From assembly GCA_963834725.1 (NCBI GenBank), contig CAWICN010000001.1:1038831-1102830 (forward strand): a stretch of 64,000 nucleotides of DNA, given 5' to 3'. The translations under genes and the position numbers were made by a program. This document shows, in pieces, positions 18,540 to 28,729 of this stretch. How positions within the stretch are numbered: position 1 is the first letter of the stretch; each line of letters opens with the position of its first letter. Source of the DNA: an uncultured Acidimicrobiaceae bacterium. GTDB lineage: Bacteria > Actinomycetota > Acidimicrobiia > Acidimicrobiales > Palsa-688. The notes under the pieces are model-generated. The model was not told the origin of the DNA and made no database searches. It was given only the letters and a program-made list of their open reading frames with translations.

Positions 18540-19136
18540 GTGATCCTCGATTGGCCCGAGACAGCTCCGCTGAGCGACCAGGTACTGTACCTCGCTGATG
18601 TCCTAGACCGGAACCCGGTCGTCCAGGCGGCGCTTTCCGTCGCCCCTGAGATGAACCTTCCCGACTGGTACCTGGCAGCCGGCGGCGTCTCGCAGACCGT
18701 CTGGAACGTGCGCCACGGCTTCGAAGCGGCGGATGGGATCAAGGACTACGACTTGGTGTATTTCGATCCCGCCGCGGACGAGGCCGCCGAGCAGAGCATC
18801 GAGCGGGAGGTCACCGAGAGATTGTCGAGCTTCAACGTCGAAGTGGATATCAAGAACGAGGCCTTCGTTCACCTCTGGTACGGTCAGCGGTTTGGAACCC
18901 CGATCGAGCCGTACCGCTCGACCGGACATGCCATATCGACCTGGCCGACGACGGCTTCTTCGGTTGGTGTGCGGCCCGGCCCCGATGGGCTGGTGGTGTG
19001 CGCTCCCTATGGCCTCGCTGACCTGCTCGGAATAGTCGCTCGACCCAACAAGTCGATCGCCACACAGGACGTCTACGAAGAGAAGACCCGCCGATGGGCG
19101 GCACGCTGGCCCCGGCTGACCGTCGTCCCGTGGTGA
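18540..19136 (+). CDS. Nucleotidyltransferase family protein (NTP_transf_6-like)
   Basis: ORF 18402-19136, with the likely GTG start at 18540. Motifs: LPDWYLAAGGVSQTVWNVRHG...IKDYDLVYFD...VDIKNEAFVHLWY...STWPTTASSVGVR...APYGLADL. Confidence 0.7.
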   Translation: MILDWPETAPLSDQVLYLADVLDRNPVVQAALSVAPEMNLPDWYLAAGGVSQTVWNVRHGFEAADGIKDYDLVYFDPAADEAAEQSIEREVTERLSSFNVEVDIKNEAFVHLWYGQRFGTPIEPYRSTGHAISTWPTTASSVGVRPGPDGLVVCAPYGLADLLGIVARPNKSIATQDVYEEKTRRWAARWPRLTVVPW

Positions 19137-19909
19137 CGGCCCAGACGCGCACCCGAGAATCCCCGCCCTGTCCGGCCGAGTCGGACACATATCAGGCACA
19201 TCTGGCGTCCTCGATTGGTGCGGCCGATGGACGCTTTGCCTGGCCGAGGTCACCGGGCGCCAAGGGGCCGTTACCCAGCGACTCCGAACAACGGCGGATA
19301 CCACTCTGAGCGTTGATCGCGCATACGCTCCCGCGGTTCGCCGCGACGCTCGGCCCGTTGGCGTGGCTCGGCCCAGGTCGACGGCAGCCAAGGTCATGGG
19401 GTGTCCTCGGCTCGCTACCTTGAACAGCGCTGGGTGCCCGTGATCGGCACTTGGGTGATATGCGGGGGCTGCCATCCCCGCGGGATATTGGGACGCGTGG
19501 ACCAGAGTTCTCCGTAGACGTTCAGATCTGATGCGGCCCTCCCGACGCGGTCGGGGTAAGCAGCCTGGTGCTCCCGGGTCGGTGATGGGGGCAGGCTGCT
19601 GCGTCTAGGCGATCAGACCGCTGACCTTCGCGCGGTTGTGGGCGAAGATCTCGTATCCGTACCCCGCGGCGCGTCCGTGGGATCGGCTAGGCACGGCCTT
19701 GCGCCAACCGCTTCGGCTGCGAGCATGGCGCAGGTTGCTGCGTAAGGCCGGCGGCGCCGCTCACAGTGCCGTTTCGACTTCGCTTGGTGCCCATCGGTCG
19801 ACCGTATCGGGATTAGGAAGCAACCGGACATTGCGGAGCGAAATTGAACCCGATAGCGTCGACTCGGTTGGATGGATGGACAACTCGTTCACGTGAAGGG
19901 GAGACAAAT

Positions 19910-20383
19910 ATGAAGACACGATTGGCCGCGCTCGGAGCGCTGGTCGTTGCCGGTATCGTCGCGATGCCGTCGATGGCCTCCGCTGGCCCCGCCAGCGGCA
20001 CGGAGCACTTTCGGCTGACGTTCACATCCCAGACTGGCCCTGGCCCAATCTTCGCTCGCGGGGTATTCGATGCTGCGGGCACGGACTACCAAGGCCATAC
20101 GACAGACTTAGCAGTGTTTCCCGACGGAGCATTTAGCATTCATCATCCAGGTGGGACGTTCAGCTTCAAGCTGAACCCTAAGACCTGCGTCGCGAGGATT
20201 TCCGGGACGGGTGACTACACCATCAATCATGGGTACGGCGTCTACCAAGGGATCAAGGGATCTGGGTCGTACACCTCCAGCGGCAAGGTCGCCCTCAACC
20301 GCAAGGCGAACGGCACCTGTGGTCAGCAAACGGTGGCGGAAGTCGAGAACATTGTCGCCAGCGGTCCGGTGTCGTTCTCATAG
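19910..20383 (+). CDS. Secreted hypothetical protein (157 aa)
   Basis: SD GAAGGGGAG upstream of ATG 19910. Signal peptide MKTRLAALGALVVAGIVAMPSMASA, then a Gly/Thr/Ser-rich beta-type domain. Confidence 0.7.
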   Translation: MKTRLAALGALVVAGIVAMPSMASAGPASGTEHFRLTFTSQTGPGPIFARGVFDAAGTDYQGHTTDLAVFPDGAFSIHHPGGTFSFKLNPKTCVARISGTGDYTINHGYGVYQGIKGSGSYTSSGKVALNRKANGTCGQQTVAEVENIVASGPVSFS

Positions 20384-20871
20384 CCCAAGCGGTCTCGCGC
20401 TCGAGTTCCTGTCCGGGGGCGGCGTCGAGCGGTGCGCCTGGGCGTAGTCGGGGACCGCGTTGAGGTCTGCCCGGCGGCCCAGCAGGTACTCGGCAGCGCG
20501 ACGTTGCCCCCCTGAGGAGGGGCCAGAACGCTTGGGATAACTGCTGCGAGGACAGTTATCACCCAAGAGCTGCCCGAGCCGGTCGAGCAAGCCCAATGAA
20601 GCCGGGATCCACGGTTGGACGACATCGGCGCCGCGGGCCACAAGGAGCCTGGCAACGTCCCAGTAGCCGTACTCCACGGCGTTCGCGAGCGGGATGCCAA
20701 TCGACCCGTCGGGCCTGTTGATGTCCGCTCCGGCATCGATAAGCGCAGCCGGACGTGCCAATCGTCGCTGCTAGCCGCCCAGTGAAGCGGGGTTTCCTGC
20801 CCCGGTTGGCGGGCGTTGGGGTCAGCACCAGCTTCGACCAGCAGCCGCCTGATCTCCGAGCCGTTGAGCAA
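20378..20871 (-). pseudogene. Ankyrin-repeat protein, multiply frameshifted and N-terminally truncated
   Basis: ANK motifs are spread over three frames: LLVEAGADPNARQPGQETPLHWAASSDD (ORF 20323-20871); LIDAGADINRPDGSIGIPLANAVEYGYWDVARLLVARGADV and GGQRRAAEYLLGRRADLNAVPDYA (ORF 20378-20761); LSSQQLSQAFWPLL in the third frame. Confidence 0.6.
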
Positions 20872-21005
20872 GTACCCGGGCCAATCGGTGATCGGATGCA
20901 GCCGGCACCGGCTCGCCTGGGCGCCTCGTCGGGCGGCTCGGCGAGGTCGGCCACCTGGGCGGCGAGGCGCCGGCCCTCGCCACGATCCGCCAGGAATGCA
21001 TCCCG

Positions 21006-21479
21006 TTGACGAAACCGAGTGGGAAGGGGCGGGAGGGTCGCCTGGTGACCCGGAGGAAGAGTCACAAGCCGAGGGTGATCGAGCTCGACACGCAGACTGT
21101 CGCGGTACTCGAGGCCTGGAAGACGAAGCACGACGCGGAGCGCGAGCTGGTAGGCGCCGGCTATGAGGACCATGGGCTGATCTTCTGCCGGCCCGATGGG
21201 AGGCCGTACCATCCCGAGGCGTTCTCGAAGACCTTCGACCGGCGGCTCCGCCAGCCGAAGTTCGCCGCGCTGCCGATAATTCGTCTACATGATTTGAGGC
21301 ATACCTGGGCCACGCTCGCCCTGGAGGCCGGGGTCGATATCCGGATGGTGTCGGAAAGGCTGGGTCACTCCAGCATCCTGGTCACATCCCAGACCTACCA
21401 GCACGGGCGCAAGGGGATGCAGGCCGTCGCCGCCCAGAAGGTCGCCGATCTGATATTCGGCAGCACGCCCGACCTCTGA
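21006..21479 (+). pseudogene. Site-specific tyrosine integrase, C-terminal fragment
   Basis: 157-aa ORF with PRVIELDTQTVAVLEAWK...LIFCRPDGRPYHPEAFSKTF...RLHDLRHTWATLALEAGVDIRMVSERLGHSSILVTSQTYQH (HxxR, H and Y boxes). The N-terminal half, including the first catalytic Arg, is absent. Confidence 0.75.
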
Positions 21480-21748
21480 ACAAGCATGGCCGAACCAACC
21501 CGCGAGGAGCTGCGCCCACGGCTGCGGACGGAACCGTCCCCTGCCGACACCGTCGTCGTGGTGCGAGGAGGACCGGCCAAGGCCCGGCAGCTCACCACTC
21601 ATGCCGAGAGGACGCACAAGGCCTTCCAACTCGACGGCGTCCCCCTCTGGGGAGTGTCCGTGTTCGCGGCCCTAGACGACATCGGTCCGGCTTCGCTGGA
21701 CGGGCTGCTCCAGCGTCTGTGGTCCTACCGGGTGGTCCATCTCCCGAC

Positions 21749-23197
21749 GGTGGCGTCCCAGGTCCGGTGTAAATCGGTGACTGGCGCAGGCTCCTGGTGA
21801 AATGTTAGGCGGCGACTGTGACGGTCTCGTTGACGGTGGTGGTGTCCTCCTTCTTGGTCTCATGATGGTGTAGTTGACGGCGGAGTTCTTGTAGCTGGCG
21901 GACGGTGGCGGGGGTCCTGGTGACTCCTCTCCATCCGCGGCTGGCTCGGTCGAGCACAGCCCAGACCAGCGACAGGCAGGAGCGTTCGCCGGGGAGCCGG
22001 CCGATGACCTTGACCCGCCGGCGGGTCTCGCCGAAGGTCCGCTCGATGAAGTTGGAATGGCGGATCCGCTTGTGGTGCTCTGTTGGGAAGCGCAGGTAGG
22101 CGAACAGGCTGGCCAGATCGTCGTTCAAGCACGCTACGGCGGAGGGGAACTGCCGGCCGAATGTGGCGGAGAAGTCCGCTGCACGCTGACGGGCGACGGC
22201 GATCGACTTGTCGCCGGGCGGCTCGCTGGTGGGGTCGAAGATTGCCCAGTAGGCGGCCTTCACCTCGGCCTGATGCTCGACGGGCACCTTGGCCAGGATG
22301 TTCCTCGCCCGGTGGATGGCACACCTTTGCCGCAGGCTGTGGGGGAAGACCAGCTCCACCGCGCCGATCAGGCCGGGGGCGCCGTCGGAGACGATCAGTA
22401 GCGGGGGCCGCAGTCCTCGGGCGACCATGCCGTCCAAGAATCCTTTCCAGGCGTCGGTGGACTCGCTCGCTCCGGCCTCGAGTGCGACCAGAACTGGCCG
22501 GCCTTCGCTGGTGATGCCCCAGGCGGCGAGCACCGGCTCGGCCCGGGCGCCTTCGTGCATGCGGAAGTGCGAGCCGTCCAAGAACAGGTATTCCAGCGCC
22601 ACCTCCGACAGGTCACGGGTCTTCCAGCGGTCGAACTCGTCCTTGATCGCCTCGCAGACCCGGGAGACGGTGGACTTCGACAGTGCCGCCTCGGCGCCGA
22701 GCGCGTCGGCGAGGCAGGCCTCGACGTCGCGCACCGACAGGCCCCGCACGAACCCGGCGATGACCAGCGACTCGAGCGCGTTGGTGCGGCACACCCCCAC
22801 GCCCAAAAGCCGGGAAGCGAACACCTCGTCGGTGCCTCTCAGCTTCGGGCGGTGGATCGTCACCTCGCCGGTGGTGGTCTTGATCGTGGTCGGGCAATGC
22901 CCGTTGCGACTGCCGGCCCGGGCGCGTTCGCCGTGGCTGTAGCGCTCCCGGCCCAGAAACTCGGTGACCTCGGCCTCAATGGCGGTCTGCATTAGCAGGC
23001 GAAGCCCCAGGCGGGCCACCTCCTCCAGGACCTCGCCCAGCTCCCGCTCGGAGCCGAACAGGTCGTCTATCTCTGCGCGGATGCGCTCGATCGGTGATAC
23101 TCGTGTGGACACGGGTGTGGGTCTCCTTCCTCTGCTTTGGTCGGTGGAAGAAGGAACCTACGCCCGCCGTCTATTTACACCGCGGATGGGACGGCAC
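21749..23197 (-). mobile_element. IS256-family insertion sequence (1449 bp) with 8-bp target duplication
   Basis: Imperfect terminal IRs: GGTGGCGTCCCAGGTCCGGTGTAAAT... versus the reverse complement GTGCCGTCCCATCCGCGGTGTAAAT... The element is flanked by exact CTCCCGAC at 21741-21748 and 23198-23205. Confidence 0.85.
21805..23112 (-). CDS. IS256-family (mutator-type) transposase
   Basis: Intact 435-aa ORF: ...EVTEFLGRERYSHGERARAGSRNGHCPTTIKTTTGEVTIHRPKLRG...LEYLFLDGSHFRMHEG...LIVSDGAPGLIGAVELVFPHSLRQRCAIHRARNILAKVP... Confidence 0.95.
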   Translation of the reverse strand: MSTRVSPIERIRAEIDDLFGSERELGEVLEEVARLGLRLLMQTAIEAEVTEFLGRERYSHGERARAGSRNGHCPTTIKTTTGEVTIHRPKLRGTDEVFASRLLGVGVCRTNALESLVIAGFVRGLSVRDVEACLADALGAEAALSKSTVSRVCEAIKDEFDRWKTRDLSEVALEYLFLDGSHFRMHEGARAEPVLAAWGITSEGRPVLVALEAGASESTDAWKGFLDGMVARGLRPPLLIVSDGAPGLIGAVELVFPHSLRQRCAIHRARNILAKVPVEHQAEVKAAYWAIFDPTSEPPGDKSIAVARQRAADFSATFGRQFPSAVACLNDDLASLFAYLRFPTEHHKRIRHSNFIERTFGETRRRVKVIGRLPGERSCLSLVWAVLDRASRGWRGVTRTPATVRQLQELRRQLHHHETKKEDTTTVNETVTVAA

Positions 23198-23349
23198 CTC
23201 CCGACCGTCGGGCAACTCAACGACGCAGGCTTCCCGCTGCTCCCGACCTTCGCCCGGCCCCACTTCACCCTCCGACTAACCACCGCCGATGAGACCGAGA
23301 TCGACCGTCTCGTCGTAGCCCTCGGCCCAGAAAACCCCAACCGATACCG

Positions 23350-23637
23350 TTGGATCAAGCGCCGATGGAGGCAACCGTGGTGACCCCGGACATTACTTGT
23401 GACCTAATGGACGTCGATGAGACCGACTTGGTGTGGACCTTCCTGAGCGAAGCGCGTGCACCCGACCTGATCGAGCCCGGCGCTCTCGTCCTGGCCGGAG
23501 ACACCGATGCTTCCGCCGTCGCCGAAGTCGTCGATATCGTCGACAAGCCCGCCGGGAAGGTCGTCCACTTAAGGCGCCCTCCTGGTCACATCGAGGCCTA
23601 TGCAGCTCTGGTCCACCGGGTCTTGACCGACCGGTGA
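23350..23637 (+). CDS. Hypothetical protein (95 aa)
   Basis: An acidic small ORF that overlaps the end of the IS-disrupted gene. No family recognised. Confidence 0.4.
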   Translation: MDQAPMEATVVTPDITCDLMDVDETDLVWTFLSEARAPDLIEPGALVLAGDTDASAVAEVVDIVDKPAGKVVHLRRPPGHIEAYAALVHRVLTDR

Positions 23638-23643
23638 CGTGAG

Positions 23644-23961
23644 CTACTCGTCCGGTTTGTAGGCCCGGACGAACGGACGGGGGCCGAAGATCATCGTGGC
23701 CACGCGGTTGGCCGCATCGGCCTGCTCACCGGGCTCCACGGGCCTCTCCAGGACTGCCCAGACCATCGTCCCGTCCGTGGATACAGCTGTCCGGACCGGG
23801 TACCCCAGCTGACGACCGGCCCGACGGGCGGCCTTGCGCCACCGCTCCACGCTGTCGACCTCGACGACGTGTGCCTTAACGATGCCGGTCTCAGCAAGGA
23901 CCGGCGCCAGCCGACGAGCGATCGAATCGAGGACCCATTCCTCCAGCTTGATTACAGCCAT
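23644..23961 (-). CDS. Hypothetical protein (105 aa)
   Basis: Clean ORF MAVIKLEEWVLDSIARRLAPVLAETGIVKAHVVEVDSVERWRKAARRAGRQLGYPVRTAV... No family recognised. Confidence 0.5.
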   Translation of the reverse strand: MAVIKLEEWVLDSIARRLAPVLAETGIVKAHVVEVDSVERWRKAARRAGRQLGYPVRTAVSTDGTMVWAVLERPVEPGEQADAANRVATMIFGPRPFVRAYKPDE

Positions 23962-24928
23962 AGGCGGTCAACTCCCGAGTTGTGATCAATCCGTGATCGC
24001 GAACTTCACATCAGTGCATCTCACACCGGCGTTGAAGGCTGTGACCAGGCAGAACGCCGGCGTTTGAAGCTCGGGGGGGAGGACTCGAACTCAACAACCC
24101 GCCCATTTGGCTCAGGCCGCCGTGTCCAGGAAGTGCCCCCTGACCAGGTATTTCCCCTTCGATGCGAACTGTCGTGTGCCGCCGAGTCCTGGGTCGTTAT
24201 TGGGAGTGTGGCACCAGTTGGGCACCACCCCGCCAGCAGCCAGGTCAGTCAGGCCGACTGGTCGCGGAGCAGGGGGCAAGCACCCGGGTGATGGCCTCGG
24301 CCGCCGGAGGGTGGAACGACGTTGGCGAATCTCGCCGGTTATAGCTTCCTGGCTCACGTCTCTCGCAGCTCGAAGTCGCCCTGTTGAGCGACGCCCTCAG
24401 AGCAAACCGTCTCACGTCATGCGCTCAGGTAACAGGACCCCGGGAGTCCAGGTAACAGCTCCCGTGGTGGGCGCAAGGTCGTAGTTGAGCCACGGCGAGC
24501 CGGGGATCTCTGGGGAGGATGGCCCTCCCGAGACGAGCGTCCTCAACAGTAGTGACCCTCTTCGTCGCTACCCCCTTCCCCTCACGTTCCTACCACTGAA
24601 AGTGGCCACAGGCGAAAGAAGTTCGGGTCGTCGCGAAGTAATTATCGACATACCTCTGCACTCTTGCACACAACTGCAACGGTAGATTTGGCCCGAGCGC
24701 CACCGGGCCCTGCGCGGCACTTTGGGGTTGTCTCGGTGCGGCCCGCTGATCGCACGTTCTGGGACGCTCGGGAGGTCGGGCCCGAGCCGAGCGGCGGTTC
24801 GGTGCACTGCCTGGCCGTCCTCCGCTGTCCGGCCCACGCATCCTCAACTCAGGTGCTCACCACTTGAGCGGCGGTTTCGGGGGCCTAAGTGACGTGCAAA
24901 GTCACACGCTCTCGGTACGGTCCTAATA

Positions 24929-25933
24929 GTGGCAGGTGTTCGCGACGAGGTCGCTGCCGGCGTCGTCGGGCAAGCGTTCGTGGACTTCGCCCGTGCCGCC
25001 GCCCGACGCGTCACGGGGTCCCGGCCAACCGAGACCGGCCCCTACCTCTGGACCGACGACGACGTCGACGACCTGCTATTCGACACCGTCGCCAGGGTCG
25101 GCCCCGACCAGATCGTCCTCGGGGCAGCCCAAGCCGCCAATGACCGGCAGTTCCGGGCCTGACTGGTCACGGCGATGCGCACCACCGTCGACCTGCGAGC
25201 CCGCGACACCCCGGCCGGGCGGGTCATCAAGGCGGTTGACACCGCCCTATCCGAGGAGCGAGACCGTTTCGGCTACAACAAGACAACCGGGTGTTGGCAC
25301 CGGACCGATGACAGACGCCAGCCGGATTGGTCAGACGGTGCCCGCCCCTTCATCGCGGCCGCCTGGGCCGTGCGAACCTCCACCGTCACCGTTGCGGAAA
25401 CCACTACCAAGACCGGTCGGCTGGCCCGACGGCGAGACATCCGGGCCGTCGCCGAGGCAGTGCTGAACCTATCCGGGCCGATCCCCAAGCCACTGCTCAG
25501 CGAGGTCATGGCGCACCGCTTCAACGCCTACTTCATCGACCGGTTCGACTACCTCGAAACGCTCGGCGATGACGTCGATGTCGCCGCCCCCCAAAACGTG
25601 ACCGAAGGGGACTTCGACATCGAGGTCGATGACGCGGCGCGGTGGATGCTCGAGCAGCTGACCGGCGACGAGCGGGAACTGCTGGCCGCCCGGATGGCCG
25701 GCGGTTCATACCGGTCGATCGCTGAGGAGCGGGGCTGGAAGAAACATCGTCTGGAGACGCTGACCGCTCGGTTGGACCAAAAGATCCTTCGGCTTCGCGC
25801 TGAAATCGGCGGCGAAATCGATGAAGCCGCGGCCGCCATGCTACGGATTCTCGGGCGGCCATGCTGGAGGGGGTGCGGATCCATCTGGACACTGATTTCG
25901 CCGGCGACACCGACGATGCCGCCGCCCTGGTGA
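24929..25933 (+). pseudogene. Sigma-70 region-4/LuxR-type HTH protein with an in-frame TGA at 25160-25162
   Basis: ORFs 24929-25162 and 25175-25933 are in the same frame and are separated only by TGA plus 4 sense codons (...NDRQFRA*LVTAMRTTVDL...). The C-terminal HTH is LTGDERELLAARMAGGSYRSIAEERGWKKHRLETLTARLDQKI. Confidence 0.5.
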
Positions 25934-26522
25934 TGCTGCTCGGCCTGCCAGAAGTCGAGATCGTCGGGATCACCACGGTGGCAGACCCTGATGGCCGCCG
26001 AGGCGAATACGTTCGTCGGACGCTGGATGTGGCCGGGCGGGTCAACATCCCAGTGGCCGCCGGGGCCGGAGTCTCGTCGACCACCGGCGAGCGTATGGGG
26101 GATCTGCCCGATCACCGCCGCTACTGGGGCGGGGAGCCCGTGACACCTTCGCCTTCACCCATCGGGGCGGCTTTGGGCCTTCTGGCCGCCGCCGTTGAGA
26201 TGGGGGCTGTGCTGGTCGGGATAGGCCCGTACACCAACTTGGCGGCTCTTGAGGCGGCCCGGCCCGGTGCTTTGAGCAGCACCCTGGTGACGGTCATGGG
26301 CGGCTGGGTGCGACCACCTGCGAGAGGTCTGCCCCAATGGGGTCCGGAGATGGACTGGAACGTCCAGTGCGACACCCGGGCCGCGCTCACAGTGTTCGAG
26401 GCGTCTGCCGAGTCGCTGACGCTCGTGGCCCTGCCTGCCACACTCCAAGCCCACCTACGGGAAGCCCACCTGCCCCGCCTGGAAGCCTCCGGGCCGCTCG
26501 GCCTTCTCCTGGCCCGCCAAGC

Positions 26523-28429
26523 CTTAGCGAGCGACCTCAGACCTGCTGAAGCGCCGCGGTCAACTCGAGCGGGGATGGCTGGGGTCTGAGGTCTCTCGCG
26601 TTTTGGCCGGCCGGGATGGCTGCCTGTCGGTGCCGGGCCGGCAAAGCCGGCCCTATGCCGGTCGGTCGATTCGCCAGGCAGAAACGGATTGGTCCCCAAT
26701 AGCGTCCTGTGATCAACAAACCCACAGACCCGGCCGCGTCAACGGTCGGAGAGGAGGACACCATGGGGACCGTGGCCAGCCTACTGGCCGAGCATGTGAG
26801 CTTCCGTTGCACCTCGGTAGACCGTATCGGCATCCGCGGGTACATCCCGGGGTTGATGTATGAGGGAGGGGTGGTGAAGTTCCTGCTCAAGCGAGGCAAC
26901 TACATCCCCTCACCGGCCGCGTTGAACCGCAACCGGCAACGGCTGGTGAGCGAGCTCGACGCGCTCGGTGGCCGCCTCGGGGGTGCCGGTACTGCGTTTC
27001 AAGGCGGGCCAGTCCAAAGAGAACATGGCCCGCCCTTATCAAGACGGAGCGGCCGCGGCCGGCCGGTTCGGGCTGGTGCTGGTGGGCAAGGCCCAGGAGC
27101 GGACCAGTTCGTGGCGGGGCTTCGTCGATGACACCCACGCCCGGCATCGGCCCAACCATCCCCATATCACCTGGCGGCGCCAGTCGTCGGTGCCCGACCA
27201 CTGGTACCTGTATTTCGCTGACCCCGAGTGGGGCCCGACATCGCTACGGCTGGGCAGCTACGCGCCATACCCGTTGTGGGTCAACGCCAACGGACATGAG
27301 TGGGCCAAGGTTCAGCTGGCCAAGGCCGGCGTCGGCTTCGACGCGCTCGATAACGGTCTACGCCGGGTGGACGACCCCGCCCTGGCTCATCGCGTCTGCG
27401 CCCGCCTCGGTTCCGGTCATGTCCGCGATCTGCTGGCCCGGATGATGGCGGTCATGCCCAACCCGCTCACCGTCGATGATCGCCGGGCCGGCTTCGACTG
27501 GGCGTTCTCCATCGCCCAGATGGAGGTCTCTGACACCTCGGTATTCGACCAGCCCCGCCGGGCCCGGGCCTGGTTCGAGGCGGCCATCGACTGTCATCTG
27601 GACCTGGGCCGCCCCGAACAGGTGTCACTGGTCGTCGACCGCCAAGTCAGAAACCGCGGCAAACACAAGACCCCGGGACGGTTCGCCACCGAGGTCATCA
27701 CCCGCGACGTCGCCCCCCGCATCCAGATCCACTACAAGTCCTCCAAGGCCAAGGCCTACCTCAAAGAAGGCCGGGCTCTCAGAGTGGAGATGACGTTCAA
27801 CGACGCCGACGACTTCAACCTTCACAAGACCCTCAACAGCCACAACTGGCGGGCTCTGCGCCGACTCGGCGCGGATATCGACGCCCGGTTCCTGGCCGCT
27901 TTGGGCGAAGGACAGCCCGGACTGCCCGACCCCGCCACCCTCGAAGCAGTCGTGCTGCCCAGCCTCCACGACGGCCAGCGGGCCCCCGGGTTACGTTTCG
28001 GCGATCCCCGCACCATGGCCCTGCTCGCCTCCGTCGGCTCCTTCGCGCACGTCATCGGCGGGCTCACCAACAAAGCCCTGCGCACCCAGATGGCCGTCCT
28101 GTACAACCCCGACTACAGCCCCGCACAGGCGACCTACGATCTCCGCCGCCTACGGCTCAAAGGCTTCATCGAACGAATCCCCCACACCAACACCTACCGG
28201 GTCACCGCCCACGGCCTGCGCATCGCCGCCTTCTTCACCCAACTCGCCGCACGCGTCGTGATTCCCGCCCTCACCGACCTCGCCGCCCTCAGCCGACCAC
28301 GCCCACCCGCACCCCAACCCCTCACCGCCGCCTGGAAAGCCTACGAACGCGAACTCACCAACCTCCTACGAGCCAGCCCCCTCGCAGCATGACCCAAAAA
28401 CTTGCCTCAACTCTTCAGAACCTGGGACT
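26523..28429 (+). mobile_element. Unclassified insertion element (~1.9 kb, single large ORF); candidate 5-bp TSD CAAGC
   Basis: It interrupts the nucleoside hydrolase. CAAGC occurs at 26518-26522 and 28430-28434, and removing the element plus one copy restores the frame. The terminal similarity is weak (GACCTCAGACCTGCTGAAG at 26533-26551 versus the reverse complement of CTTCAGAACCTGGGACTC at 28413-28430). Confidence 0.55.
26763..28392 (+). pseudogene. Large (~543 aa) element-encoded protein of unknown family, C-terminal winged-helix-like; frameshift near 26965
   Basis: SD GGAGAGGAGGA precedes ATG 26763. The N-terminus (MGTVASLLAEHVSFRCTSVDRIGIRGYIPGLMYEGGVVKFLLKRGNYIPSPAAL) is in ORF 26709-27131. 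The rest is in ORF 26968-28392 (...VPVLRFKAGQSKENMARPYQ...HEWAKVQLAKAGVGFDALDNGL...ATYDLRRLRLKGFIERIPHTNTYRVTAHGLRIAAFFT). Confidence 0.65.
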
Positions 28430-28729
28430 CAAGCAGCGCTAGCCCATGCCGAGGATCATCACATGGCAGAGCTGGCCGCCACATGCTCTGGTCTCCCGGG
28501 GGACCTGCTCAACTTCCAGTACGATCCTGTGGCCTGCGCCGCCGCGGCCGACCCTTCCGGGCCGATAACAACGATCGAGTCGGTGCGCCTGATGCCGCGT
28601 CTCGAAGGCTCCGTGCTGCGATTTGAGGAGGTGCCTGCCGGCAAGGCCGTCTCAGTTGTCACTGATGTCGATGGTGAAGCCTTCGGTCGCTTGTGGCTGA
28701 CCGCGATCGAACGAGCTGACGAGTCGATC

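Larger units (their letters stand above)
21486..23383 (+). pseudogene. Hypothetical 146-aa gene interrupted by IS256-family insertion
   Basis: The 5' part (21486-21748) ends ...RVVHLPT. The 3' part resumes after the IS at 23206 (VGQLNDAGFPLLPTFARPHFTLRLTTADETEIDRLV...). Joining 21486-21748 to 23206-23383 gives an uninterrupted 441-nt ORF. Confidence 0.65.

Noticed and set aside
18603-19475. 290-aa minus-strand ORF
   Set aside because: It overlaps the well-supported nucleotidyltransferase gene on the opposite strand. The composition is Arg/Pro/Ser/Gly-rich and no family-like motifs are present.
21738-23212. Duplicated peptide HLPTV at both IS256 junctions taken as a 15-bp target duplication
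   Set aside because: At the DNA level only CTCCCGAC (8 bp) is identical. The neighbouring bases differ (ACGGTG versus ACCGTC) and belong to the IS inverted repeat on the left side.
24064-24100. tRNA-like 3' fragment (…GGGGGGAGGACTCGAACTC… on the + strand, i.e. GAGTTCGAGTCCTCCCCCCCGAG on the minus strand)
   Set aside because: It resembles a T-loop plus 3' acceptor strand, like an att remnant of an integrative element. However, no complementary 5' T-stem, anticodon arm or acceptor 5' strand can be found, and the implied acceptor would start with U/C. There is not enough support to call a tRNA or an att site.
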